A stretch of DNA of 63,254 bases, filler included, from Octopus bimaculoides (GCF_001194135.2; 6 parts of 6 records of this genome joined end to end with filler, not necessarily neighbours in it), one strand, 5' to 3'. Shown: positions 1 to 13,110, numbered from the whole stretch's first letter. Made by a program: numbers and translations. The notes: generated by a model not told the origin, from the sequence alone.

Positions 1-19
1 ATATATACATATGAATTTT

Positions 20-188
20 AAGAAAACAGAAAATGGAATAATATTGATGAATGACAATTGACTTACATCAATTATTACTTATCAATTCAATACAAATAGA
101 CTGCATCTCATCTTGCATTGACTTAATACATAATAATTGATGTAAGTCAATAGCTGTTCATCAATACTTCTCTCTTTTCTGTTTTCTT
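20..188. repeat. Inverted repeat with ~57-bp arms (20-76 and 132-188), possibly an inverted PLE-type end
   Basis: AAGAAAACAGAAAA...ATTGACTTACATCAATTATT is matched by the reverse complement at 132-188. The PLE assignment is inference. Confidence 0.75.
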
Positions 189-375
189 TCAATTTTGGTT
201 CTTGATAAGCTCGTGTTTATCCTCGTCTTTACCTATAATTTATGAGCCTAATATGTTTGCATATGTATGCCCATGGTTAAACATAAGTAATATACCGGTA
301 GCATAATGGACAATGTTATCCCTTAGACAATTATTTTAACCTCTAACTTATCTATCCTTTTATATATATATTTTG

Positions 376-402
<27 letters not shown>

Positions 403-410
<8 letters not shown>

Positions 411-545
411 TTACAGAAAAACAAACGACGAAGACAAGTGTATAAACAACAGGCAGGTGTATTAGTTTAACGCTCGGCAATGTGGGAAAATATTTTGCGT
501 TTCTAGCCTACGCTCTTCAACAGAAAAGAACACGAGGAAATAAAC
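403..545 (-). mobile_element. Degenerate PLE-type terminal repeat with a decayed hammerhead-like motif
   Basis: Minus strand 523-497 reads CTGTTGA-A-GAGC-GTAG-GCTA-GAAAC-GC, a decayed core, stem II and GAAAC arrangement. Confidence 0.4.
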
Positions 546-680
546 AGATACATATCTATCTATCTATCTATCTATATATATATATATGTATATATATATA
601 TACATACATATACGTATATATATACATGTATATACTCGTATATACATATATATATATATATGTATGTATATATACATATA

Positions 681-938
681 AAAAAATAAATAAATGTGCC
701 CTTTTAAAGCCTAGCCAGGCTCATGGGCCCGGTTTCCCGGTTTCAATGGCGTATGTGTTCTCTAGCTGGACGGGACAACAGTCCATCGCAGCGTTACTCA
801 TTTTTGCTGGCTGGTGGACTGGAGCAACGTGAAAAGAAGTGTTTTGCTCAAGAACACGACGCATTCCCCGGTCCAGGAATCGAAACCACAATCTTACGAT
901 CAGATGCTGATACCCTAACCACTAAGCCACGCGCCTCC
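681..938 (-). mobile_element. tRNA-derived SINE with a CORE-like central domain (family C head, distinct 3' tail)
   Basis: Minus strand has A box TGGCTTAGTGG, B box GGTTTCGATTCC, the central GTTCTTGAGCAAAACACTT...CACGTTGCTCCAGT shared with other copies, and a (TTTA)n-type tail. Confidence 0.8.
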
Positions 939-1359
939 GCATATTTATATATATATATATATNNNNNNNNNNNNNNNNNNNNNNNNNNNNNNNNNNNNNN
1001 NNNNNNNNNNNNNNNNNNNNNNNNNNNNNNNNNNNNNNNNNNNNNNNNNNNNNNNNNNNNNNNNNNNNNNNNNNNNNNNNNNNNNNNNNNNNNNNNNNNN
1101 NNNNNNNNNNNNNNNNNNNNNNNNNNNNNNNNNNNNNNNNNNNNNNNNNNNNNNNNNNNNNNNNNNNNNNNNNNNNNNNNNNNNNNNNNNNNNNNNNNNN
1201 NNNNNNNNNNNNNNNNNNNNNNNNNNNNNNNNNNNNNNNNNNNNNNNNNNATATACATACATATACGTATATATATACATGTATATACTCGTATATACAT
1301 ATATATATATATATGTATGTATATATTTATATATGCATATGTATGTATGCATGTTTATG

Positions 1360-1540
1360 TGCTTGACACCAGAGCTGTTTGACGACCGTTACCTAACTAC
1401 AACTTAGCACGTAGGCAAAATGGGCGATAGAATAAATACTAAACTGAAGAATACTTGGATCGATTTATTCCAGTAAACCCTTGAAAACGATCCTCCAGCA
1501 TGGCCGCAGTCGAATCACTGAAACAATTAAAAGAGAGAGA
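1360..1540 (+). mobile_element. SINE family A, 3' half
   Basis: Ends in CTCCAGCATGGCCGCAGTC...ACTGAAACAATTAAAAGA, shared with many other copies in the window. Confidence 0.7.
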
Positions 1541-1646
1541 CATGCAAACAATTACACCCACGCACACATCTACACATATCCGTATTTGTGTATACGCACG
1601 TGCACGACCATGTATATGTGTGTGTGTTTAAGTCTGCGCCTACATA

Positions 1647-1791
1647 TATACGCACACATACACACTCACCCGCGCATACATATGTGTATGTATATGCATA
1701 CACACACACATCTATACGCACACATACACACTCACCCGCGCATACATATGTGTATGTATATGCATACACACACACACATCTATACGCACAC
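1647..1791. repeat. ~66-bp tandem duplication (2.2 copies) in an AC/AT microsatellite field
   Basis: TATACGCACACATACACACTCACCCGCGCATACATATG... starts at 1647 and 1713, with a partial copy at 1781. Confidence 0.85.
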
Positions 1792-1934
1792 AGAATATTT
1801 ATATGTATATACATATACACACATATATACATGTATATACATACATGCACACATATACATGTATATACGTATACACATATACACAGCAGACACATACTCA
1901 TACACACGCACAAACGCACACACACATACATGTG

Positions 1935-2105
1935 GGTGAGAAGGCTCGTGTTATAGTGGGTTTGGGTTTGCGTTCATGTTCACAGGGTTGTGGTTTCGAT
2001 TCCAGGACCGGTAGATGCCATATTTTCACTTCCCGTTGCTCTAGTCTATTAAGATGGTAAAAAGGGGAAACCGGTCTTATGAACCTAGGGTTCAGAAAGG
2101 ACCTT
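1935..2105 (+). mobile_element. Degenerate tRNA-derived SINE (family C-like)
   Basis: B box GGTTTCGATTCC followed by a CGTTGCTCTAGTCT CORE-like segment. Confidence 0.55.
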
Positions 2106-2114
2106 TGATCCTTT

Positions 2115-2163
<49 letters not shown>

Positions 2164-3534
2164 CACACACACTCACACACACAACACCTATATAAACATG
2201 TAAACAATATTCACAGAGACGAACACAATTTACACCCACACACTCACACGCTGCTACATCTATACAAACTTACATAAATGCATACGCACATACAATGAAA
2301 CCAACATACATACACACATATATACGTATATAAAAAACAAAAACACATACGTACACATACAGCATGCTGTCAGTGAAATACGTGCAGAGTGATATATTTA
2401 CGAACGCCTTTTAAAATAAAAATAAACCTGACAGTTATGTGAGAGACTTGGATTACTCTAAGCCCTTAAGATCGCCCACATTCTCACCCCCCACCATTCT
2501 CAGTTACACTTCGTCAACCGTTTCCTTTCCTTTGAAGAATTTCTATGCAGAGATTTTGTTTAGATTTTAAGCAGTTTATCTAAATGACTTGACATCATTT
2601 TGGTTGTTTCGTTTTAGATTTAACAGTGAAAGAGAAAATAATTAGGTTCAGTAGAAGTTAGTGTTTTTCTATTTTTTTTTTTTTTTTNNNNNNNNNNNNN
2701 NNNNNNNNNNNNNNNNNNNNNNNNNNNNNNNNNNNNNNNNNNNNNNNNNNNNNNNNNNNNNNNNNNNNNNNNNNNNNNNNNNNNNNNNNNNNNNNNNNNN
2801 NNNNNNNNNNNNNNNNNNNNNNNNNNNNNNNNNNNNNNNNNNNNNNNNNNNNNNNNNNNNNNNNNNNNNNNNNNNNNNNNNNNNNNNNNNNNNNNNNNNN
2901 NNNNNNNNNNNNNNNNNNNNNNNNNNNNNNNNNNNNNNNNNNNNNNNNNNNNNNNNNNNNNNNNNNNNNNNNNNNNNNNNNNNNNNNNNNNNNNNNNNNN
3001 NNNNNNNNNNNNNNNNNNNNNNNNNNNNNNNNNNNNNNNNNNNNNNNNNNNNNNNNNNNNNNNNNNNNNNNNNNNNNNNNNNNNNNNNNNNNNNNNNNNN
3101 NNNNNNNNNNNNNNNNNNNNNNNNNNNNNNNNNNNNNNNNNNNNNNNNNNNNNNNNNNNNNNNNNNNNNNNNNNNNNNNNNNNNNNNNNNNNNNNNNNNN
3201 NNNNNNNNNNNNNNNNNNNNNNNNNNNNNNNNNNNNNNNNNNNNNNNNNNNNNNNNNNNNNNNNNNNNNNNNNNNNNNNNNNNNNNNNNNNNNNNNNNNN
3301 NNNNNNNNNNNNNNNNNNNNNNNNNNNNNNNNNNNNNNNNNNNNNNNNNNNNNNNNNNNNNNNNNNNNNNNNNNNNNNNNNNNNNNNNNNNNNNNNNNNN
3401 NNNNNNNNNNNNNNNNNNNNNNNNNNNNNNNNNNNNNNNNNNNNNNNNNNNNNNNNNNNNNNNNNNNNNNNNNNNNNNNNNNNNNNNNNNNNNNNNNNNN
3501 NNNNNNNNNNNNNNNNNNNNNNNNNNNNNNNNNN

Positions 3535-3586
<52 letters not shown>

Positions 3587-3604
3587 AACTCACTCAAATA
3601 TAAC

Positions 3605-3997
3605 GCTTCTGAAGAGAATACAATAAGGTTCGAAAATCGATTAAGACTTTTCAACATTTTTTCATTCTACGGAGAAATGGTAAAAATTTGCCCTGTTCAT
3701 AATTATAACATATGTTACATATATATTATATCATATCTTGATACTGTGTGGACTAAGACCCCCGCTGCTATTTATAGAGTGTTAAACACTTTCGGTATGC
3801 AAATTAGGGACTCTTTCACAGAGTATCCCCTGCATTTGTTGAGTATATAAACAGTTTGGTTGATTGTTTCTCTGGGGACTGTCAGAATGGTGTAGGCTCC
3901 TCTGATGAGAACCCAATAAAGCTAGTGTTGTGCGTCATTTTTTTCAGTCTACGGAGAAATGGCTAAAATTTTCCCTTATAATTATACCATATGTTAC
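3605..3997 (+). mobile_element. Tandem PLE-like terminal repeats, each starting with a hammerhead-like core
   Basis: Direct repeat TCTACGGAGAAATGG...ATAATTATA(A/C)CATATGTTACA at ~3662-3719 and ~3942-3997. CTGAAGA at 3609 and CTGATGA at 3902 precede each copy. Confidence 0.6.
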
Positions 3998-4129
3998 ACA
4001 CACACACACATATATATATACACATGTAGGTGTAGAGATGTAGAAACATATATATATGTATACATATATACACACATTTATATAAATAAGCACATAATGA
4101 CTACAGTCTCGACACACTGAGTCTGTGAT

Positions 4130-4760
4130 ATCATCTGATGATAAACCCATGCAGATCCTATTGATAAGATTCCTTTATCCTCCCCTATCCTCCATTATCT
4201 CAGCATCATCTTTTTTCAAGGTTCTTGTCCTCTAGCAATTTTTACAGATGACATCGACAAGGGCTGCCTCTTCATTTTTAGTTTTACCATCTACTGGTTC
4301 CCATAATAATATTTGTCGTACAACGTCATGTATGTTTTGCCAACAATGTCACACAAATTTAAGCCTGCGTTCTTTGAAGTTTATATTAATAATGGTATAT
4401 TTTTATATGATATAGTGTTCGCCAAATGTTGTTTCCTAGAAATATCCTCTATACTTTCTTTAACCTCTTGGTATATGTTCCATTTCATGTAGTTTCGATT
4501 ACTTTTGTATGTATTCAGATCCATATATCAATTTGCTTTCTTCAGTTCAAATGAAACTATATTTCGAGGTCATTAGATAGATTTGATTCCAATACTGCAA
4601 ACATCTTGTTCATTGCTGACCATTCCAATTCAATGCTTCCTTCTCTATCTTTAAATTCTTTGAACTTTCTACTCATGAACCTAAATATTTCAAGTCATTT
4701 ACACATAAAATCTACACGCTCTGAAGTTTGAATATTCTTTTGGTTGATTAAAAACCAAAA
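4130..4760 (-). pseudogene. Decayed RTE-clade LINE, region C-terminal to the reverse transcriptase domain
   Basis: Frameshifted minus-strand translations give DLKYLGS*VESS, WSAMNKMFAVLESNLSNDL, LIYGSE, QHLANTISYKNIPLL, LLWEPVDGK and IMEDRGG*RNLI. These are collinear with RTE-clade ORF C-termini as I recall them. Confidence 0.75.
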
Positions 4761-5801
4761 ACTATAAAATATTCTTTACATGGTTTCCAATGAACCAAAG
4801 AATCAGTTTATTTGCGATAAAAGTTTTTGACATGCAACCATAACTTTAATAAATACATTTTCAGCTTGACTAGAATTATAACATACGTGCTTAGATCAAA
4901 TGTCTCCCACCAATTTGAGTTGCGGTGTGGATCAAATGGGTTCGTTTATTGTTAAGGTTTTGGCTAAATTTCACTAATTTTACCTAGTTTCAGAGGGAAG
5001 ATAATGTCCCTCTGGGGTTCCCCACCCCAGGAGTCAATTAATACGTGAAGACAACTGTAACATTGTGCAAACCCTCCTATTCCAGTAAGTTCACATTTTT
5101 AAAAATAAATTATTGCTTGCTACGTTCTGTCAACAGCTAAGGGAAAGTAATCAAATCCTGACGATGGCTTTAACAAAAGTCGAAAGCAGTGTATGCGTTG
5201 CTCAACAGCAAGTAGACAGAATATCATGCGTTGTCAACTGAAAATGTATAAAGACAAACAAAAATGGTAGATAGTATACACCGCACCTGTTGGAAGGGAA
5301 AAACAAGGCCAAAAGATAAAAAAGATTGTTTTTGCAACTATGAAATCTAAAATTCGTTTCCATTGTGTGACATGTCCCTCTACATAACCCTGTGAGTAGA
5401 ATCGGGTTTGAAGAATATATGTAAAGAACTTAACTTAATTAGTATTTCAATGTATTTTACATTACTATTATCATCAACAGCGTAGGGAAGATGAACCAGC
5501 TGAAGAAACTGCATCAGTTCTTCGACCAGCAAGAAATAATAGCCATATATGCGTGAAATTAAACCTTGCGGCCTTTAAAAATAAATGGCATATTGTTTAA
5601 TGCAAGCCTAGTAATACCATGCCTGATGAAAAAAGAATGGTTATGCCATTAGTGGAACATTTTTGATCATACGTTTACTCAATCGGGGCTGACGTAGGAT
5701 TAAACAACATCGGCAACAAAAAGTTGTGAAAGAAATTGTGCTCATGACATAAATTTGTGAACGTATACATATATGTACATACATACATACTTTCATAGAT
5801 A

Positions 5802-6187
5802 GAGGTGCAATGGCCCAGTGGTTAGGGCAGCGGACTCGCTGTCATAGAATCGCGGTTTCGATTCCCAGACCGGGCGTTGTGAGTGTTTATTGAGCGAAAA
5901 CACCTAAAGCTCCACGAGGCTCTGGCAGGGGATGGTGGCGAACCCTGCTGTACTCTTTCAACACAACTTTCTCTCACTCTTACTTCCTGTTTCTGTTGTG
6001 CCTGTAATTCAAAGGGTCAGCCTTGTCACACTGTGTCACGCTGAATATCCCTGACAACTACGTTGAAGGTACACGTGTCTGTGGAGTGCTCAGCCACTTG
6101 CACGTTAATTTCACGAGCAGGCTGTTCCGTTGATCGGATCAGCTGGAACACTTGACGTCGTAAGCGACGGAGTGCCAACAACAACAA
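5802..6187 (+). mobile_element. Full-length tRNA-derived SINE (family D) with (CAA)n tail and TSD
   Basis: A box TGGCCCAGTGG, B box GGTTTCGATTCC, and a (CAA)n end. TSD ACTTTCATAGATA (5789-5801) / ACTTTCGTAGATA (6187-6199) has one mismatch. Confidence 0.88.
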
Positions 6188-6211
6188 CTTTCGTAGATAC
6201 ATGCATACATG

Positions 6212-6633
6212 CAGACAAGAAAACGCATGTGCTGCCATAGAGGTAAACTGTTTTACGGAATTGTCGATCTCTTTGAAAACAATTCAAGAGAAAGAAGATA
6301 ACTATGGACGACTGCTGCAAAACTTCCAGCATCTATATGACGCTTATAAATGTACATTTATACTAATAATGGTGGATGCATTTGGTTTTGAGAGTAAAGG
6401 CCTTAGTGATAATCTGGATAAGCTAAGGTTTTCAGGAAAAGAAATCGACAGACTAATCCGTACATTACAAATACAATCTAAAAGTGGAACAGTAAAAATA
6501 TGCATAACTTTTCTCGAGTTTAAAATGACATTGTTTTTATTATCAAAAATCTAACATCGGAGCTTTGTATCTTTGACGACAGAAACTAGCTCTTTCCTCG
6601 GAGGAAGAATTTAAATAAACGAAAGTAGAAGAG
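6212..6633 (+). mobile_element. 5'-truncated R4-clade non-LTR retrotransposon: restriction-like endonuclease C-terminus plus 3' UTR
   Basis: ORF 6201-6554 contains IEVNC...KEDNYGRLLQNFQHLY...FILIMVDAFG...LQIQSKSGTVKICITFLEF, matching the REL E..K region and C-terminus of R4/Dong/Rex6-like elements. It ends at an (ACAT)n tract. Confidence 0.75.
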
Positions 6634-6658
6634 AACATACATACATACATACATACGG

Positions 6659-6748
6659 TCAATTCGTCGACGGCAATTTTTCATCGTTTAACTTGTCCCC
6701 ACTCAATTCGCCGTTGTTCAATTCGTCCCCAAGTCAATTCGTCGAGGT
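6659..6748 (+). repeat. Six ~15-bp degenerate units (TCAATTCGTC...), resembling subterminal repeats of a DNA-transposon end
   Basis: CAATT-like cores at 6660, 6674, 6689, 6704, 6719 and 6735. Confidence 0.6.
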
Positions 6749-7237
6749 CATAGGAAAAAATAGAAGAACGAGTATCTGAATTTTAAAAACGAAGTAAAAA
6801 GCACTTATTTTAAGGTTTGCCCTATTACATAATTATTTTTCATGAAATTTAAGATTGTGTGCAACTGTATTTAGAAAAATAATTTTTTCGCTTGGATCAT
6901 ATTTTTCCATGACATTTTTGATACGCGCGTAGTCTTTCATTCACTTTCATTTTTATAAATTTACTAAACTGATTAAAATTTTTAGTCTAATATTTTATAG
7001 ATTTTATGGATCACGAATTTCCTCTTGGATTTTTAGATTTTTAAACTAGTATTTTGTATAGTACGCTTTTCTTGATGGTGTCTAATCTCCTTCATAGTTT
7101 GAGTTACACCATGGTGGATCTCTAAATTATTAGTATATTTTTCATTATATAATTCAATTTGATATCATTAAATTGTATATCCTTGTAAGTTCGGATTTTG
7201 TAATTCCCTAACATTATAATATTTCTCTCTCTCTCTG

Positions 7238-7271
<34 letters not shown>

Positions 7272-7635
7272 AATATATATATATATGTATGTATATATAT
7301 ATATATANNNNNNNNNNNNNNNNNNNNNNNNNNNNNNNNNNNNNNNNNNNNNNNNNNNNNNNNNNNNNNNNNNNNNNNNNNNNNNNNNNNNNNNNNNNNN
7401 NNNNNNNNNNNNNNNNNNNNNNNNNNNNNNNNNNNNNNNNNNNNNNNNNNNNNNNNNNNNNNNNNNNNNNNNNNNNNNNNNNNNNNNNNNNNNNNNNNNN
7501 NNNNNNNNNNNNNNNNNNNNNNNNNNNNNNNNNNNNNNNNNNNNNNNNNNNNNNNNNNNNNNNNNNNNNNNNNNNNNNNNNNNNNNNNNNNNNNNNNNNN
7601 NNNNNNNNNNNNNNNNNNNNNNNNNNNNNNNNNNN

Positions 7636-7675
<40 letters not shown>

Positions 7676-9672
7676 TATGCTCACACAAACACGTGTACAT
7701 AAATACATAAATAGGCTTCTCTCTATATTGTGTAGTTTTCTAGTTGTTCTGTTCATAGCACCCGTAACTCACCAAACATCTTACGTGTTGACTGGATTGC
7801 AGCCTCATTCAACATCCCAAATTAAATTGATTATATCAGAAGAAAAACAAACCCCCCAAAAACGTCCTTCCAATCCTAAACCAAATACTCTAGAAAACAA
7901 AACAAAGAGAACAATTATATATTTTCTTTATAGCAAATCACTGATAAGATATACAGATTAAAACAAAACTGACATTCTAAATACAAGAGTTATTGTGTGT
8001 TATCCAAAAATGGACTTCCTATCGCAAACAAGCCAGTATTTAATCAAACCAGAGAAGCATAACGAAAAACAATGTCGACGAAAATTTTGTCGGTCGAAGT
8101 CGTTAAACCAGATTGGGAAGTAACGGATGGTCGTGTTGCACGATAAATGAGGCAGTAAATCTGAATTTGGTTCGGTATTACATGTTTCGTGGTTGTGTTG
8201 GTGATTAATATTACAAGACTTGTTAATAGATAGTGCAGGAAAAGGAGGGAATGGTCTGATGAAGTAAACGCCTTCTGATAATTATAACTCGTTTCTAACT
8301 TACAAAGATCTCTCTCTCTCTTTCTCTCTCTTTCTGCCTATCTCTCTGTTTCCATCTCTCTTTCTTTCTCTCTCTCTCTCTCTCTCTCTCCTTCTTTCCC
8401 TTTGTCTCTTTTTCTCTCTCTGAGTCTCTCTGTCTCTCACGTCCTTCCTCATGTCCCTGACAATCGCTTAGGCAATTCTATAATTATGTCGTCCTATACA
8501 GGTACAAATATACACATATAAAAGCAAACACCCTCCTACACACGCCCACACACGCCCCCCCCCACACACTCACACACACACACGCACACGTATTTAAACA
8601 CGCATAAACACATCAATCTACGAATACCTGCATATATATATAATTACATAGATATATGGACTGGCACACATGCACATATATTTAGAAAGACACAAACACA
8701 TACACACGTAAATAAACAGACACACACACACACAGACACCCACACACACACAACTTGTGAATAAAATTGGAACGATTCGACAAAGTAATTGACTTAGTTA
8801 AAGATTTTGGGGCCTAAAAAGAAAAAGAAAAAGAGAAAAAAGAATAAAAATGAAAAAAATTAGAGAATGGATATACATATGTGTGTGTGTATGTGTGTGC
8901 GTGTATGCCTGTGTCTGTATGTATAGACGTCTCCGTGCATAACAGTGAATGTATATACGAATACTTCCATATTTGGAAGTTTTCCTATCTATGTGTATGG
9001 ATATAATTTTTCTGCATACGCGCACACAGACACATACAGAGACACACACAGACACACAGGCACTCACACACACGTACACAAATATATTTCGCCAAGAGTA
9101 GGTGAACGGTTGGCCCAGTTCCTCAAATTGTTTTCCAACATAAAAGAACTCTGCGACATGTTTAAACATTAAAGGACCAATGGAACCTTGTTATATGTTG
9201 AACCATTAAAGGGTCTTGTAGTGTTTTGGCGATTTGACGATCCTGAAATGTTTCCAATTACGTCCTAATTTGCTTGCTTATTTCAGCAGAATGATTGTAG
9301 TATAAGATCTGTGAATGTGTATTTGTCCGTGTGAGTGTGTAGGAGCATGTGTTAGAGTTTATTTATGTGAGTATGTATATGAATGCATTTGTGTGTGTGT
9401 GAATGTATATAAATACGTATATATATATATATNNNNNNNNNNNNNNNNNNNNNNNNNNNNNNNNNNNNNNNNNNNNNNNNNNNNNNNNNNNNNNNNNNNN
9501 NNNNNNNNNNNNNNNNNNNNNNNNNNNNNNNNNNNNNNNNNNNNNNNNNNNNNNNNNNNNNNNNNNNNNNNNNNNNNNNNNNNNNNNNNNNNNNNNNNNN
9601 NNNNNNNNNNNNNNNNNNNNNNNNNNNNNNNNNNNNNNNNNNNNNNNNNNNNNNNNNNNNNNNNNNNNNNNN

Positions 9673-9706
<34 letters not shown>

Positions 9707-9782
9707 TACATACATATATATATAATAATATAAATAATATATATATATATGCATATATACATACATATATGTACATACCTAC

Positions 9783-9814
<32 letters not shown>

Positions 9815-10043
9815 GCATATATGGGTACAGGACGTTAAAAAAACGTGAACAAAATGAAAAACGCTCAGGAAAAGTAGAAAATGCATTGGCCTTTCGAAAG
9901 TAATAAAGAGAGAAAACAAACCAAGAGAGGAAAAAAACGATGTATGTACGTATTATATATATATATGCGTTAATTTATCTCTTTATGTAATATCTATATG
10001 TATGTATATCTCTCTCTCTCTCTGTAAATATGTACATCCAAGT

Positions 10044-10103
<60 letters not shown>

Positions 10104-10588
10104 TTGAGAGAGGAGGAATAATAAAAAACATCTAAGTTTTAGAATGCGAAAGACAATAGCATAAGGTGTATCATTTCCAGGCAACCTAAACTTTCGACTC
10201 TTTGGGTTGGAGAATCTTCCAATCCTATATTATTTCATTTTGCATTAGAACATTTTAAACTTGGTGCAAATGTAATATATATATCCGACGGTCTTTTAAA
10301 CTGCTAACAATGCGGTGATTAAAATATATCACTTGTCAACTGATAAAATTATCCATAATATTAGAACGAAACTCCAGGGCTGGAAAAGTATTCCTTGATG
10401 ATTTTGTTAATGTAACTATTTGATACTATACCAGCCACAGGTTTGAATTTAGTGTAGGTGAAGCTATGAATGAAGTTGCAACTATGAACCACCAAGGAAT
10501 TCAGATAGATTAATTTCACACTCTGTGTTCAGTCACTGTCGATGTGCTGACAGCGGGAGATGGTTTACCGAACAATAAAAGCAGTAGT

Positions 10589-10948
10589 AAGGCGGTGAGC
10601 TGGCAGAATTGTTAGCACGTCGGGCGAAATGCTTCGTGATATTTCGTCTGTCGTTACGTTCTGAGTTCAAATTCCGCCGAGGTCATCTTTGCCATTCATC
10701 CTTTCGGGGTCGATAAATTAAGTACCATTTGCGTACTTGGATAGATCTAATCGACTGGCCCCACTCCCCCTAAATTTCAGGCCTTGTGCCTAGAGTAGAA
10801 AAGAATTGTTAGCACACCGGGGGAAATGCTTCGCGGTATTTCGTCTGTCTTTACGTTCTGAGTTCAAATTCCGCCGAAGTCGGCTTTGCCTTTCACTTTT
10901 TCGGGGACGATAAATTAAATAACATTTGCGTACTGGTGTCAATCTAAT
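10589..10948 (+). mobile_element. Tandem dimer of SINE family B
   Basis: Two consecutive GTTAGCAC...GTTCTGAGTTCAAATTCCGCCGA...TTTGCC...TTTCGGGG...GATAAATTAA units. The second runs into the N gap. Confidence 0.85.
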
Positions 10949-11467
10949 NNNNNNNNNNNNNNNNNNNNNNNNNNNNNNNNNNNNNNNNNNNNNNNNNNNN
11001 NNNNNNNNNNNNNNNNNNNNNNNNNNNNNNNNNNNNNNNNNNNNNNNNNNNNNNNNNNNNNNNNNNNNNNNNNNNNNNNNNNNNNNNNNNNNNNNNNNNN
11101 NNNNNNNNNNNNNNNNNNNNNNNNNNNNNNNNNNNNNNNNNNNNNNNNNNNNNNNNNNNNNNNNNNNNNNNNNNNNNNNNNNNNNNNNNNNNNNNNNNNN
11201 NNNNNNNNNNNNNNNNNNNNNNNNNNNNNNNNNNNNNNNNNNNNNNNNNNNNNNNNNNNNNNNNNNNNNNNNNNNNNNNNNNNNNNNNNNNNNNNNNNNN
11301 NNNNNNNNNNNNNNNNNNNNNNNNNNNNNNNNNNNNNNNNNNNNNNNNNNNNNNNNNNNNNNNNNNNNNNNNNNNNNNNNNNNNNNNNNNNNNNNNNNNN
11401 NNNNNNNNNNNNNNNNNNNNNNNNNNNNNNNNNNNNNNNNNNNNNNNNNNNNNNNNNNNNNNNNNNN

Positions 11468-11523
<56 letters not shown>

Positions 11524-11624
11524 TAAACACGCAGGCACGCACGCACACACATATACAGGCGCAAACACACACACACACGCACACACACACAAACACGCAC
11601 ACGCACACTCACACACACACATAC

Positions 11625-11778
11625 GTCGCACTTCTTTCAATTTCCGTCTATGAAACCTACCTACACGGCTTTGGTGAACCCGAGGTTATAATAGCCAATC
11701 GGCCACGCAGTGGGTCTGAACTCTGAACTAATTGGTAGGGAAGCAAGCTTCATACCACAGAGCCACGCATGTGCCTGT
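11625..11778 (-). mobile_element. SINE family A, 5' half
   Basis: Reverse complement of the GGCACATGCGTGGCTCTGTGGTATGAAGCTTGCTT...GTTCAGACCCACTGCGTGG head. Confidence 0.7.
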
Positions 11779-12685
11779 GGTACAGTCATCTGACTGCCAT
11801 TCGAACTACTGAAGGTAAATGGTAGACTTGGCAAAAACACACGAAGAACTTAAATAAGCTAATAGGGTTCTTCAATGTCAAATAAGAAAGCCGGGAAGAA
11901 TATTTCACTCAAAAAGCTGAAGGCAACGAATCAGATTCTATATAAAGAGATAAATTTACTGGAATGGTAAAATACCTAGAATACATCGACTATCTTTGAA
12001 GGGTTTGAACACTGATATGTAATCCACACCCAGGAAATTACGACAACTCCCCACGATGTATGTTAAAGTCAATTAACCACCAGCCAAAATATTTAGACAT
12101 TAACTTCATTACAGGTAATTCCTTTTATTCTTATTATTTTTATGTTGAAGTGTAATGATACCCAAAACGTAGTAAAACTGTTTGGTTTCAATGGCTTGTT
12201 GGTTATGAGAGCATACAAAGAATTTAAGGTACCTGAAAGGAAAATAGTTTCTGCACATTTTCAGCAGTTGCTAGCGGCTGTAATAACATATATTCTGGTG
12301 TCAACAGCAGAACGTGAAAAGTGAAAGAATCTTGTGTTGTATGAATTTATGCATATCGCCCCAACCGCGCACAAATTCAAAACGATCATCTTTCAACTCT
12401 TCTATTTATTAAGATGGTGGGTGGGATATCTGCTGTCAAAATTCAACCCTGAGGAATATGTAATATATGGCTTCTTAGTGGCAGAAAACACGCTGGGAAA
12501 ACAAAAAATGGCGTACAAGAAGAGAAGGCGAGGAGGCAACTGAAAAATAAATGAAGATTATACACAGTGAGGGAATATTGTGTAAACTGAAGTGTAAAAC
12601 ACTTAATATGCTACATTTGTTGGTTAATGGGGAAGCAGAAATTTTAGAAATTCAGACTGTGCTTATGTCTATATGCTGGGTGATA

Positions 12686-12730
<45 letters not shown>

Positions 12731-12983
12731 ATATACACATGTATGTATGCAATGAAGAGGCTGCCAAACTAAACACTATATATATGTGCGCGTGTGTGTG
12801 TGTGTGTAAGCACTCATATGTACATACATATGTACTTATATAAATATATGTGTATGTATGTATGTATGTGTATGAGTAAGTTTATACATAGATATGTATA
12901 CCTATGTATTTATCTATCTATTTCTACTTCTAATATGTATATATATACATATATCCATACATACATATATATATATACATATA

Positions 12984-13078
<95 letters not shown>

Positions 13079-13110
13079 TTAATAAAATAGAAGGAAAAAA
13101 GATTATATTT

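Noticed and set aside
12142-12543. Two same-frame ORFs separated by a single stop
   Set aside because: No recognisable motif, non-ATG starts and no convincing splice sites.
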